64,000 nucleotides of DNA, taken from NCBI GenBank assembly GCA_051942205.1, contig JAVECO010000091.1, forward strand, positions 1 through 64,000, given 5' to 3'. The position numbers and the translations under genes are program-made. The stretch is from Coniocarpon cinnabarinum. Its lineage: Eukaryota. Shown piece by piece: positions 24,528 through 36,136 of the stretch; the stretch's first letter is position 1; each line of letters opens with the position of its first letter. The notes beneath the pieces were generated by a model. The model did not search any database. It was not told where the DNA came from and worked only from the letters and a program-made list of their open reading frames with translations.

Positions 24528-25610
24528 ATGCCTCTCATGACTGGAATCGGCAAGAAACCGAGAGTCATCCTGGGATTGATGACATACGGCCCCGAGGCGT
24601 CTTCTGGGGGAAGAATCACGACGCAAGAAGAGTTTAAGAAGCATCTCGACTTGCTGCAGTCGAGGGGCTACAATGAAATTGATACAGCACGGGTGTATGT
24701 CGGCGGCAAGCAGGAAGCCTTTTCTCGAGAAGCTCAATGGAAAGACCGTGGCTTTGAGATTGCCACAAAATGCTACCCCAAAGAACCTGGAATGCACAAA
24801 CCCCAGTCTATCCGAAATACTCTAGAGACCAGCCTGAAAGAGCTTGGGACTGACTGCGTGGACATTTTCTACTTGCATGCCCCTGACCGCAGTGTCCCAT
24901 TCGAGGAAACCTTGCAGGAAGTCGACAAGATGCACAAGGAAGGCAAATTCGTAAGGCTTGGTCTGTCGAATTTTACTGCGTTCGAGGTTGCCGAGGTGGT
25001 TATGTTTTGCAAAGTGAATGGATGGGTGCGGCCCACCATCTACCAAGGCATGTACAATCCGATAACTCGCTATCTTGAAAGAGAGTTGATTCCTGCTTGC
25101 CGTCGATATGGCCTGGACGTTGTGATATACAATCCCATTGGAGGTGGATTGTTTTCAGGGAAGTACACTGCTGCCGATCTGAAGGAACAGCCCACGGAGG
25201 GACGCTTCAGTGACGCTTCCCATCTGGGAAAGAACTATAGAAAACGTTACTTTCATGAGCCGACATTTGAGGCATTAGCAGCCATTGAGCCTGTTGTCAA
25301 GAAGCACAATCTTACCATGCTGGAGACAGCTCTAAGGTGGTCTGTTCATCATTCAGCGTTGAGAACGATGGACGGTAACGACGGCATCATCATCGGAGTT
25401 AGTAATCTTGACCAACTGAAGGCGGATCTCGATGATCTTGAAAAGGGGCCTCTACCAGACGAGGTTGTATCAGCTTTGGATGATGGCTGGAAACTGGCAG
25501 TGCCCGCGACGCCCAATTATTGGCATCTTGATCTCAAGTATGTCTTCAATCAAGGCACTCGACAAAAGCTTGCTGACAATGACAGATACACCTACGATTT
25601 TAAGCTTTGA
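24528..25610 (+). CDS. Aldo-keto reductase, aflatoxin B1 aldehyde reductase (AKR7)-like
   Basis: 'EIDTARVY', 'IATK', 'DIFYLHAPDR', 'LGLSNF', 'PTIYQGMYN'; probable short in-frame intron near 25538-25585. Confidence 0.92.
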   Translation: MPLMTGIGKKPRVILGLMTYGPEASSGGRITTQEEFKKHLDLLQSRGYNEIDTARVYVGGKQEAFSREAQWKDRGFEIATKCYPKEPGMHKPQSIRNTLETSLKELGTDCVDIFYLHAPDRSVPFEETLQEVDKMHKEGKFVRLGLSNFTAFEVAEVVMFCKVNGWVRPTIYQGMYNPITRYLERELIPACRRYGLDVVIYNPIGGGLFSGKYTAADLKEQPTEGRFSDASHLGKNYRKRYFHEPTFEALAAIEPVVKKHNLTMLETALRWSVHHSALRTMDGNDGIIIGVSNLDQLKADLDDLEKGPLPDEVVSALDDGWKLAVPATPNYWHLDLKYVFNQGTRQKLADNDRYTYDFKL

Positions 25611-25867
25611 GATTGTGGGCGAGTTTGCGCAGAGAGCTGCTCACTGTTAAGGCAGCATCAATGGCATTATGACAACGTTTGAGAGCCTTGACTACGCCTT
25701 TGCAATGTGGATGAACTGAAGTTCCCACTCTTTGATGAGTAACTACGACGCCTTAGCATCCGGGGTGGATGCATCTCAGCCCGGGACCCTTTTGTTTGCA
25801 TCGTGATAGATCTATTGCTTTTCTTTATGGGCAGCATTCTCCAGTGATAGTCAGCAGCTAGCCTCAT

Positions 25868-26350
25868 TCAGTCCGCCCCATTTGTTTGAGAGAATTTGAA
25901 CCACCATCGCTCGTCCTGTAGATATCCTTCCTTGTCAAATTCAACTCCCTCCATAGAAAGTAGACTCAATTTGCGGGACTGGTTAATCCCGCTCGGCGCA
26001 TCGTTCCATTCGCCTACAAATCCACCAACGTATCCATTCGACGCAATGCAGCGATGACAAGGCTGGACACGGATTCGTCAGTATCAGAAATGTCTTCTTG
26101 CAACTGAGATCTCACCACTTCGGGTGCGAACGGATTACGTCTTAAAGCACCACCAACTGCTCTCGGCGAGGACTGTAGGGCCTTCGCGACAGCTGCATAA
26201 CTTGTAACGCGTCCTCGTGGAATCTGGCGTAACAAGGCATAAACGCGTTGGACAAGTGTTAGCTAAGTCAGTGTGCGCAAGGGCACCCATGATTACTTCT
26301 TGGAATGGTGTTAGTACAGCGCTTGCTGTGCTTTGCCTGTGCGTGTTCAT
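25868..26350 (-). CDS. O6-alkylguanine-DNA alkyltransferase, C-terminal (HTH + PCHR) domain only
   Basis: Three exons: ..LTPFQE|RVYALLRQIPRGRVTSYAAVAKALQSSPRAVGGALRRNPFAPEV|PCHRCIASNGYVGGF..KLSLLSMEGV. Catalytic PCHR is present. The first intron ends in AA instead of AG (see findings). Confidence 0.85.
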
Positions 26351-26853
26351 AGCGCTTCAGCAAGGATTTGAAAAAGCTATAGAAGATTCTTCTGCGATGA
26401 ACTACACTGCAAAGGCGCTCATAGATTTCGAAAGAATCTCAGGCGGGTCAGATGGTCGACTGCACGTGCGAACGACTGAGTGCGGGTGGCGACTCGGTCC
26501 TTTTCTATACGACTCTTGAACTAGAGAGAGCGAAATGAGTCAAGAAAGATCAAAACAACAGGACGAATGCCAGGACGGGCATTGCTGTAGAAGTGCCCAT
26601 TTGTAAGCTTGTCAGCTCACGGGCATGATCATAGGGCAGGGAATCTCGTCTGTCTTTTGGTGAAAAAGATGGCTTCCTGTCGGGTACTTGGGCATGGCAG
26701 GTAGCACTAGCCCCTGAGTGGCGCATGCGGCTACCATGCATGCCTGACGCTTCAGGCGCCCGAGGACTAATCTGCCAGTATCTTGTCACTCATTGGCCAC
26801 TTCCGCCGCAAGTCAGACGTGCGGACGACAGTGTCGAAGACCCACTCATCATG

Positions 26854-26874
26854 TTGCGTCTAATAAGCACGCAA
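26854..26874 (+). promoter_or_regulatory. Candidate Ada box (A box AAT - N6 - B box GCAA) inside a TTGCGT-N9-ACGCAA dyad
   Basis: AATAAGCACGCAA at 26862-26874, ~100 bp upstream of the Ada-like ATG; same spacing as the E. coli ada promoter site AATTAAAGCGCAA. Confidence 0.55.
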
Positions 26875-26975
26875 AAACGCCGTCAAGGCACGAACATAAT
26901 GCCATCGTCCCTCGGTCACCCTGCGTCCATCTACAGACCCCCACGCATCTTGCTTGATAAGACCTTTGTGCGAAG

Positions 26976-27923
26976 ATGTCACCCGCCTCGCCAATGTTTC
27001 AGACTTCTCAATCGCGCTGGATCGCCGTACAAAGTCGCTCAAAAGCCGCAGACGGACTTTTTCTCTATGCCGTGAAGACCACGAAAATCTACTGTCGCAC
27101 ATCGTGCAAAGCTCGACTTGCAAGGCGCTCTAACGTCGACTTCTTTGACACTGTACAAGAAGCCCGGGAGGCAGGCTTCCGACCTTGCAAGCGATGCCGC
27201 CCTGATCTTGCCACTTATGACCCAGAGTCAGATCTTGTGAAGAAAGTCTCGACAATTTTGGACAATATGCCGGCAGCTGTTCCCTCGCCCAGCCTCGAAG
27301 ACTTGGCCAAGAGAGTGGGTTTGACGAAGTTTCATTTTCATCGCACTTTCAAAAGAATGGTAGGCATGACGCCGAAGGCCTATGTAGTGGCTAAGCGCCA
27401 TCCTCACTCTCTAAACGCGATGCCCGCAACTAAGGGCTCGAGTACTACGGCGACTAGGTCAGGCTCTCCGTCTCGCTATGCTGGCAGTGCTTTCGAAGAA
27501 AAGGCGGCGGAGGCTTCGACTCCGGATGATGTTCCCTCTGCAGACGCCGGAGACGGGCCCCAAATTCACGACACTGAACTGAATCCTGTCTCTGTTGGCA
27601 TTGGCTTTAAGGACTTCATGGTCATAGCATACGATACGGTGCTGACGACGGTCGGGCTCTTGCTAGTCGTCTTCAAGAAGGGCGAAATCTTGAAAGTGCA
27701 GCTCGAGAACGATGATGCAGATGTTGAGACTCGTCTGACACAACACTATCCACTTACTCATTACGCGATACTGCATATCAGCCAGCTTTGCAGTCCGGAC
27801 ACAAGCCTCCTATCATCATACACAGAAGCTATCGCGGAAGCCATAGAGAGGCCTGACGGCAAGTTACTCAATCTTCCCTTTGCGCAGCCTCTAGAGAAGA
27901 TGCTAGACGACGAAATAGGATGA
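26976..27923 (+). CDS. Ada-like methylphosphotriester-DNA methyltransferase / transcriptional activator (Ada Zn domain + AraC HTH + AGT N-terminal-like domain)
   Basis: 'FLYAVKTTKIYCRTSCKAR...FFDTVQEAREAGFRPCKRCRP' (four-Cys Ada Zn site) and 'SLEDLAKRVGLTKFHFHRTFKRMVGMTPKAY' (AraC HTH); intronless. Confidence 0.93.
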   Translation: MSPASPMFQTSQSRWIAVQSRSKAADGLFLYAVKTTKIYCRTSCKARLARRSNVDFFDTVQEAREAGFRPCKRCRPDLATYDPESDLVKKVSTILDNMPAAVPSPSLEDLAKRVGLTKFHFHRTFKRMVGMTPKAYVVAKRHPHSLNAMPATKGSSTTATRSGSPSRYAGSAFEEKAAEASTPDDVPSADAGDGPQIHDTELNPVSVGIGFKDFMVIAYDTVLTTVGLLLVVFKKGEILKVQLENDDADVETRLTQHYPLTHYAILHISQLCSPDTSLLSSYTEAIAEAIERPDGKLLNLPFAQPLEKMLDDEIG

Positions 27924-28508
27924 TCGTTGAGAAGGAATAACTGGTGCGTTTCAACTAATTTCTCACAGCCATCGAGGTATCTGAATTCAGGTATGTTCCG
28001 TTCGTATGCAGTCCGGTAGCATCTTCAGCTCAGGTACGCTATAAGCTTTTCAATGTACGGAAGTCAACGGATCGGAAACATGCATTTTACTGGAGATCTT
28101 CAAGCCTTTCTCCGTGTCAATAGGCCAGCATCTATGGCGCAAGGGTAAGGGATTGACTTTTACTCGACGCTGAGACCAGTCGCTATTCACATTTTGAAGG
28201 AGACGCGAATCGAGGCGCGGAAGAACGAGGTCACCACTGAAAGATCGGATAAGCTTCCCCGAACTAATACTCGTTTGAAAAACATATATTCCGAGTACAA
28301 ACCCTCTCGGTGCCTCTGCTTCTGCCTGTGCCACCGTCCTTGGCATCACATTTGTCAGTAGCAAGCGCTCTTCTCTTCATTATAAATAAGAGCGCTATAC
28401 ACAACAAGCTACTTTCCTTGCAACATTACTTGATTATCAACAACAACAACACCTTGAAGATTCAACATCACTCTGGGAGAAGACTGTTTTACCTATCCGT
28501 TGGCGATC

Positions 28509-29460
28509 ATGTCAGAAGAGGGCAGTAATGTCCCCAAGGATATCACAGACAATCCTCAAACCGGAAATGAAGCTACTCCCTCTGTCCCTATAAACACTGA
28601 CGCATCATCCATCACTGTATCTGTTGGTTCAGTCCCCTTCTCAATGGTCCCATCCGACCAAGTCTGCTGACACTGAAGCCCAGCCCGCCAACGAGCAGCA
28701 ACCCATGTCTGCCCATTCAATGTCAGGTGGGCCGCCCCAACGACAGCCATCCCCACCAATGCCAGCTGAGAATGCGACGGAAGAAGAGTGGCGGGAATAC
28801 TACGCCGTTTTCCTCCAGCGCGCCGCGCAGTACCCCACTCCGGCCCCTCGAGAGTTCGACCCTGCGCAGCTCAGTTTGCCAGCGGGCTGGAGGCCAGAGG
28901 ATATCCGACGCATTCACCGTTCGCTCCTAGATCCTTGGCTGCTTGATCCAGTGGCGCGAGCGGAATACTATGCTCGAACTCGGGAAGAGGTCCTCGAGTA
29001 CCAACGCCGAACCCGTGAGACTCGGGCAGAATTGGAACGACAAGGTATCGTGATGCGGCCGGATCAGATCGGCGTGCAAATGTACGACTGGGAAGCTGCG
29101 GCACGCGCTTCACGTGTGGAGCAAGAGCAGCATACCCAGAATGAAAGCGGTGCAGGATCCTCAAGCACTGCTGCCGCTGCCGCTACCTCCACAGAGTCGT
29201 CGCGTCCTGCTGGGTCTACAAATATGACGATGCGCAAGATATCTGGTCCTTTGCCTGTCCGCATCAAAGCACCCAAAAAGGAAGAGATTGAAGAAGTGCT
29301 GAAGAAGGCGAGCCCGCGACTCGATCAGATATTCGGACGCGTGGACTTGAAGGACGAGAAAGTGCATGATGCGGGTGATGAGGAGAAGAATGAGGAAGCT
29401 GATGACGACTCGTCTTCTGATAGTTCGGGGGGTGGTGTGAAGCTGCCAGAGGGAGCATGA
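28509..29460 (+). CDS. Hypothetical protein (likely two exons)
   Basis: Long ORF 28624-29460; an upstream ATG exon 28509-28616 can join it in frame through a GT...CTGAC...CAG intron ending at 28683. No recognised domain. Confidence 0.55.
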
Positions 29461-29621
29461 GGCTTGCATGAGGTTGAACTCGCGGATGCGCCATCTGGAC
29501 TCGTTGCCAATTGTAAGGTTTGTGATAGAGTCCCGGAATTCCAAAGCAGGACACGAAGAGCCGAGAACGATGCAGCGGACGGCATTCAGCATACCTATAT
29601 GATAGCTCAACCTTCCCCTTG

Positions 29622-29681
29622 TCGAGGGATCTGACGAGCGTGCGCTATTCGAGGGATCTGACGAGTGTGCGCTATTCGAGG
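29622..29681. repeat. 27-bp tandem duplication (2.2 copies)
   Basis: TCGAGGGATCTGACGAGYGTGCGCTAT twice, followed by TCGAGG. Confidence 0.85.
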
Positions 29682-29942
29682 TCCGCATGTAGTTTGATAG
29701 GCGGTCGGGTGCTTTGAAACTCGGATAGATCAGAGAACTGATCGCTTAGACAAGGAGAAGTATAGCACGGATGATCTACCACACAGAACTGTGTTGGCAT
29801 TGGGATGCAGGCGCGAGAGTCCGATACATAGGACTTTAAGCCCGCTTGATAGACGCAGAAGCATCAGGTCATCGTTCACTCCTCCCAAGTATTGACGATG
29901 AGTTTTTGCGTGGCACATAAATGGCGGCTGTTCACTGCTTCG

Positions 29943-30398
29943 CTAAAGCGACTCGTTTGCTGAGTCTCCCGATTTTCCCACGGTTAGCGCCGGGTCATTA
30001 AAGTCCTGCGGAAACAGAATCGCATTCACACACGTTTTTCCGAACCCCGTATTTTTCAGTCGACTCAGCGCCTGATAGGGCACACGGTACCTCAACCCAT
30101 ATTCGATTGCCACGACCGCTGCATACACATTCTGAGCACATTGTGTCTGGCTTTCAGTACCCCTCAGTACGCTCACGTCACTTAATTCGGCGCGGTTAGC
30201 GCACGCCGTCAGCTCCTGCGACGAGGCGTTGAGACTGGTAAACGCAGCGTTGGTGCCGTACCAGAAACAGAACAAGATGTCGAGGATGTCCTGCGTCCAT
30301 CGTCTCCATGCATACACCCGTCCAAGCACTGCTCCACGATTACCGAAGGTCGCTAGCCTGGTCAATGTCAGTGTGAGTAATGACGTGGGCTTAAACAT
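29943..30398 (-). CDS. Possible small secreted protein (structure uncertain)
   Basis: Hydrophobic start MFKPTSLLTLTLT, several Cys, TATA-like TATAA just upstream on the minus strand; no family recognised. Confidence 0.3.
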   Translation of the reverse strand: MFKPTSLLTLTLTRLATFGNRGAVLGRVYAWRRWTQDILDILFCFWYGTNAAFTSLNASSQELTACANRAELSDVSVLRGTESQTQCAQNVYAAVVAIEYGLRYRVPYQALSRLKNTGFGKTCVNAILFPQDFNDPALTVGKSGDSANESL

Positions 30399-31227
30399 GT
30401 CGGTGGCAGCGACAGGATTATAGACACCTTGTCGCGCGGACTCGTAGAGTGTGGCGAGATGTCTAAAGTCAGTAGTCCGTTTAGCATTGCGAAAGATCCT
30501 TGACGGCGAAGCCGCTGGCTTGCACGATAGTGATGTTGATGTTGTAGACGCCGTCGGTTTGATTTATATCACGTGATGCACATCGAGGAAGACCAAGAGC
30601 GGTAGTTGCCCACCAAACCAGCTAATTCTCACCTGAAAGACCCTGTATGAGATAGGCAAGATCATGGGTGGCAATGAGATGCTCTTGAATAAAAGGGCGC
30701 GGTTTCAATATCATATGAGAAAAGAAATATTCTTAGAGAACTTATAGATTGGGTCACTGTGTATCTTGCCGCTTAATCGAGCGCTGGTCGGGATGATCAA
30801 AACTAGCTTACACAGCTAGAATGCATCTGAGAAGCTCAACAAAAGACAGAGTGCAATTATTGCTGATGTAAGTCGACTGATAGTCAAGCCGAGTCATTCA
30901 ATACCTTGGTGGAATATTGGGGACATCCTTGGACTCGTGTAGCACAGAGGTCGAGCATACTAAGCCGCCGACTGGTGGAAGTCGCGACCGTCTTCAGTCG
31001 TTTTCAGTCTGTTTCGGGACATGATTCCCCAAGGATCGAAAAGAACATACAACAAAAGTAGAGATGAGATTGCGTAGATTGGCAGTGAAAGTTATAAACG
31101 GGTCTTTTAGGGTTCACTACCCTCAGTGCTCTCTTTAACTGCACGTGATCGCTTGGTGTGCTTCGTAGAGCTTTCCATTACAACCTTTCTCCAGTATATC
31201 TGCCTGCTCTTCCCTCGAGAGCGTGGC

Positions 31228-32654
31228 ATGTTTTCTCGTCCTGTTGGTCGGGCGGGCTGCCCTTATTGTTCCCACGTCCTCAATGCACCCTTCGCACTCC
31301 GTACATCACCACCCAGTGCCTCAGCCGCCCGTCAGACCTATAAACCCGTACAGAGGCGGCTATCTTCCTCAAAAACGTCACATCCACCAGGAAGCAGTAG
31401 GGTCGCTTCGGACTCTACGACTGGTAATGCACAGAGCACTGGATCGACGGAGCAGGAGGAGGAGGCTGCTGCACCTAAAGATAAAAGAACCGGTACCGGA
31501 GCAAAACGAAAATCGAAGACCTCCGACGCAGCCTTCAATACCTTGAGCGCGCAGGAGAACATAGCAAGACCCACCAATGAGTCTTTCCCCACTGTGCCTT
31601 CTGTCCCTGCTACCACACACCTACACGAGAATGGTACGTTGATTGTGGCCTCCAGAGAAGCTCTGCGTGTAGACAATCCCTCTAGGGTGTCGCAGTGTCG
31701 CTGACTTGCTCTCAAAAAGACGTCAAGCTCTCCTCCTTCTTTGCTTTGCATCGGCCAATGTCCATTCGATCGCCAGTGCCTCAGCCAAGCTCGGTCGCCT
31801 CCTTTGCGTCCATCTTCCAAACTCCACAGTCATCTTCCAAGTGGAAACCCGCCGACGTGATATACACCCTTAATACAGTCATCGGCAACATGGATGGCTC
31901 GCAAAGCCAATCAAGTCCTCAGAGCCTTCATGAGAGCGTAATGTCTCAATCATCGAGCAACAATAATGAAGTACAGTTCATCAACGGTCAACCTCAGGTA
32001 AACATCGAAGAAGCGGTGAAAAAGTTTCGCCCATTCAATAAGCCTCCGGCACCAATACCACTAGATCCTGCATATCAACAACCGTATCACAAACATGCGG
32101 CAAAGCTCCGACAGAGTCAAGCGAAACAACAACGAGCGGGTGCTACTCCACGTCCGGAAGCGCCGTCAAGCGAGAAAACCTATACGACGACTCTAACGAT
32201 TTCAGAATCCACAGACCAGTTGAGCGGGGCCAAGACATACTCCGCGTCAGCGACACCCATAGTTCAGCAGTCATCGAAGGCGACACATGCTCCGCCAGCC
32301 TTGCCATCACGTGATGCAAGGTCACGACAGCTACCCCATCAGCCTTTTCTTCAGCGCATGAACGAGCGTGGGATCAGTCAGTATGTCAAGCTTTTGAGAC
32401 GTGTTAAAGCATCCCAGTTCGCTGCAGAGACCAGCGAAGCCGAGGAAGTCGAAGGTCGCCAGAATCCAGACAATCACGCAGGCTTACCATCCGACATGAA
32501 CATCAATGAGTTAGGAAGCGGGTCTTTGTGGGAGAGTCGAGATATGCTGCTAATCAGCGTGAGGAGGAGACGGAAGTTGAAGATGAAGAAACATAAATAC
32601 AAGAAACTATTGCGGAGAACGAGGAACATTCGAAGAAGAGAGGGTCGGACATAG
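31228..32654 (+). CDS. Mitochondrial small-subunit protein mS38 / Cox24-like (DUF1713 C-terminus)
   Basis: Presequence-like MFSRPVGRA..., 'FFALHRPMS', C-terminal 'ISVRRRRKLKMKKHKYKKLLRRTR'; one intron ~31634-31719. Confidence 0.85.
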
Positions 32655-33086
32655 CATCGAGCGATGGAGTTTGAAATGGAAGAGCATTGACAGCTACGTT
32701 AGCCGTGACCATATCTGTCGCAATTCCTAGAATTCAATGCTCGTGGTAGAATGGACTTTCGGTATCAGGTCCCTGTCTCAACCAAAAGCAGGCCTCAAGC
32801 TTGAGTTTTGTCATGTCCTGTAGACACACAGCTTTTGGCCGCGAGCATCCCACTGTCAATGCCAAGACTGCCCGGGTGACGTCCGAATGGGCAATGTATG
32901 CTGAGAATAGCCATGCTCCTGAATGACACACATTTTGCTTGCTCTTGAATCATACGTCCCCGTTCTCTAAGTGAAACACTGGTCATAAACCTGGCGCCGT
33001 CGGCTGCACAACTATCCACAGAGCCGCGGCCTAGCCGAGAATAAATCTCATGGCGGCGCAATGCCTCTCTTCCACTACAGTCTAGG

Positions 33087-36000
33087 ATGTCCAGCGGTGT
33101 CCCCTCAAACCTCCGCGTCTTCGTCTCGTTCAAAGAAGATACCGTCTTCGCAGGAGAAGATGTCGAAGCAACGATAACATTCAAGAATGTCGAGCCAATC
33201 CGGCCGACCTATCAAAAGACCCGCCAAAGAAGCAGCGCCGCGGTACCGCAGATCCACGAATCTCCAACAAGCACGCAGATACCCCCCTCTCTGCCTCCTT
33301 CAAGACCAGCACATTCCCGTCAGGCTTCTGTAGCATCTCGGAGCAGCAGACCTCAGCCCAGCCCAGCTCAGGCGCGAAGAACCTCTCAATTGGGCCATCG
33401 ACAAGCCCTGTCCTTGAACGTGCTCGATGCCAGCTCAAAGAAAATCCAACCCTCAGCACCACAATCTGCACTTACTGCCCCAGGGACGAGACGAGGCAGC
33501 AAAGATCATGGCCGCTCAATCTCCATCGTGTCGATTGGTAATGATGTAGAGAACAAAGGTCACAGCATTGCAGAGCAGCGGGACAGCGGCAGACAAGCGC
33601 AGAAATTGGCGAGAAGCGCCAGCGTACAAGTGACGCCCACGACAGGCGCTTCATCAAGATGGAGTTATTCTGCAAGTGCGTTATACATAGACTTGACGAG
33701 ATCGCTTGCACAGCTAACTCCTGCCCTTCAGGCCATGGCGGATACAAGGCGGGCCCTTCCCCACTTGCAACGACAACGCCAGCATCTGAAGGCTTCCCCT
33801 GGGATAAGCCAGGTGCTGATTCGCCTCAATCGCACACGCGCCATGTCTCTATGGGTAACGGACTCCCTCCCGCTCCACGCCTTGCACAGTCACGAACGCC
33901 TTCTGGAAGGATACCGAAAATGCCCCCGTCGAGTTTCAAATTTCCTCCCTCCCCGTCAGCTTCCACAGCCCTGCCACGAGACAATGATCCGGATGAGACA
34001 CCTCGTATGGAGTCTGTCTCGTTCAGCCCAACGACGTCGACTGCTACAATGACACCAGCAGTGTCAGATATTCCACCTCCCTCTACTCGAGTAACCCAAC
34101 CATCGTCTGCTGCGCCCCGCCTCATAAGCCCGGAACGCAGGCCAACCCCGAATCGCGTGTTTTCTCTATCTAGCGAGACCGGTACCCCTCGCTCCAGCAC
34201 TGATGTATATTCTTCCAGTAATCTTTCTGACGAGACGATGGCATCAGAGATACCATCTGTAGGCAGCTTGCTTAAGCGGCCGGGCTTCTTTCGCAACACC
34301 TCCTCCAAACCACAAATGACGCGACGAACCGGCCCAGAGGCCTTGATGATGGGCTTCGCAAATATCACAGGAGACTTTCAGCTTGATGGATCACTCGTTA
34401 GTCAGGCGCCATTTGAGGAGGTCAAGCGACGTGCTGTTGTTGGTGGTCATGGGGCTGGTGGGGTGGTTGGCGTGGATCAACGCAAAGGCCAGAGCGGGTT
34501 CTTTGGTGGCTTCAGCTGGAGTGGGCTGGGCGAATCGCTCGGGAGCATTCTGGGCAGTGACCAACAAAGCACAATCCGTGATATGAAGAATACGGCAGAG
34601 TCGAACAGCATACCATTGCTCTCAACTCCGCAGTCGGTTCTGTTTGTCGACTTACGACTGGCGCCTGGGGAAAGCAGAAGCTACAACTACTCCTTCACAT
34701 TACCGAGAGGTCTGCCTCCTTCTCACAGAGGTCGAGCAATGAAGGTTTCCTATCAAATCGTCATTGGAACACAGCGGCCAAATCATGGGAGAACGCGTGA
34801 GCAGCAAATCCATGAAGTCGGAATTCCGTTTCGTGTCTTTGGCGGTGTCGATACCCAAGGTGAAATACTTGGACATGACCTCATGTCCCCCTACGTGATT
34901 TTGAGAGATCAGGCGCGGTCTTCTCAGGTGGAAGTCGATTCTAGGGGCAGACCTACCAGGACATCAGTGGGCACTAACAGTCAAACGGCGGCGACGAAAT
35001 CTTCCGAAGCTGATTTTAACTCTTACGTTCATAAACTCCTTTCGTCTCCGCGGAGGAACTCATCAACAGGGCTAATTTCCCCCTCTGCAACGAACGACAC
35101 AGGTTCTTCAAATTCTACCCCAAGTCGCAGACCTTCTGGCTATCCCCTACCACCTCCACCCCCAACGCGTGAGCTTGTGGACTCAGCTATACGTTTATCT
35201 AGCCATCAACGTGGGGGCGATCAAGGCAGCACATCCCAAACCAATTTTACCATTGCGAGGGCCGGAAACCCCGTCGCAAAGATGACTCTCTCCAGGCCCG
35301 CACTACGTCTTGGCGACTTACTGAATCTCACGCTTGACTTTTCAAGCCATTTGAGGACACATCCATTACAAGCCCCAAGAGTTCTGGTACATGCAGTCAC
35401 TCTATCGCTTGAATCATCGGAACATGTTGATCCGTCATTGTCAGTGCGTTCAGCCGCATCGATTGAGCGTGCCACTCGCCGCGTCTGGGATCGTCGTGTT
35501 GTGGGCGGGGCAAAAGGCGCTGCGCTTGGTTGGTGCAAACGATGGGCTGGGACTCTGAAAATACCGAGCAACGCGACTCCGACATTTAGCACAACAGGCG
35601 TAGAATGTAAGTGGGTTGTAAGAGTAGAGATTGCAGTCGGTGTCACACCCAATCGACAGCAAGAGAGCTCGATATATCGACCAGGCGACGGCGGTCTCGG
35701 TGCAGACGAAAGCGATGAGGAAGATGACCACCAAGGAGAGGGAGCAGCTCGAAGGAGACAAGAGCGTGAGTCTCAACTCCCAAGTAAAACGCTCAGCTCC
35801 TCAGAGAATGCCTTCACGCCATCGCACTCGCCTCGACTCACTCCAACAAACTCGTTACGACGAAAGACAACGCTTACCAGACGCAACACTCTCACAAGAC
35901 GAAGGTCTGGGAAGCAAAAGAAGGGAGACGCTAGTGCAAACGTGGAGGAGCAGGCATTTATCCGCTCGAGACAGCTACTGGAGAGGGTGGCAGATGACGA

Positions 36001-36136
36001 ACGTGGCGTCACGCTCGCCGCTGTACGAAGGATACCAGGGGACGTATTTGAGATTGCAGTACCAATCAGGATATTTGGAGCCATCGGCGTTACAAGTGGT
36101 GAGCCAACCCCGGCTGAGGAAGGACTGCCTGTGTAA
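33087..36136 (+). CDS. RGP1: Rgp1-domain protein (Ric1-Rgp1 GEF subunit)
   Basis: 'VFAGEDVEATITFKN', 'PLLSTPQSVLFVDLRLAPGESRSY.YSF.LP.GLPPSHRG', 'IP..ATPTF.T.GV...W..R.E'; one intron near 33630-33710. Confidence 0.88.
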
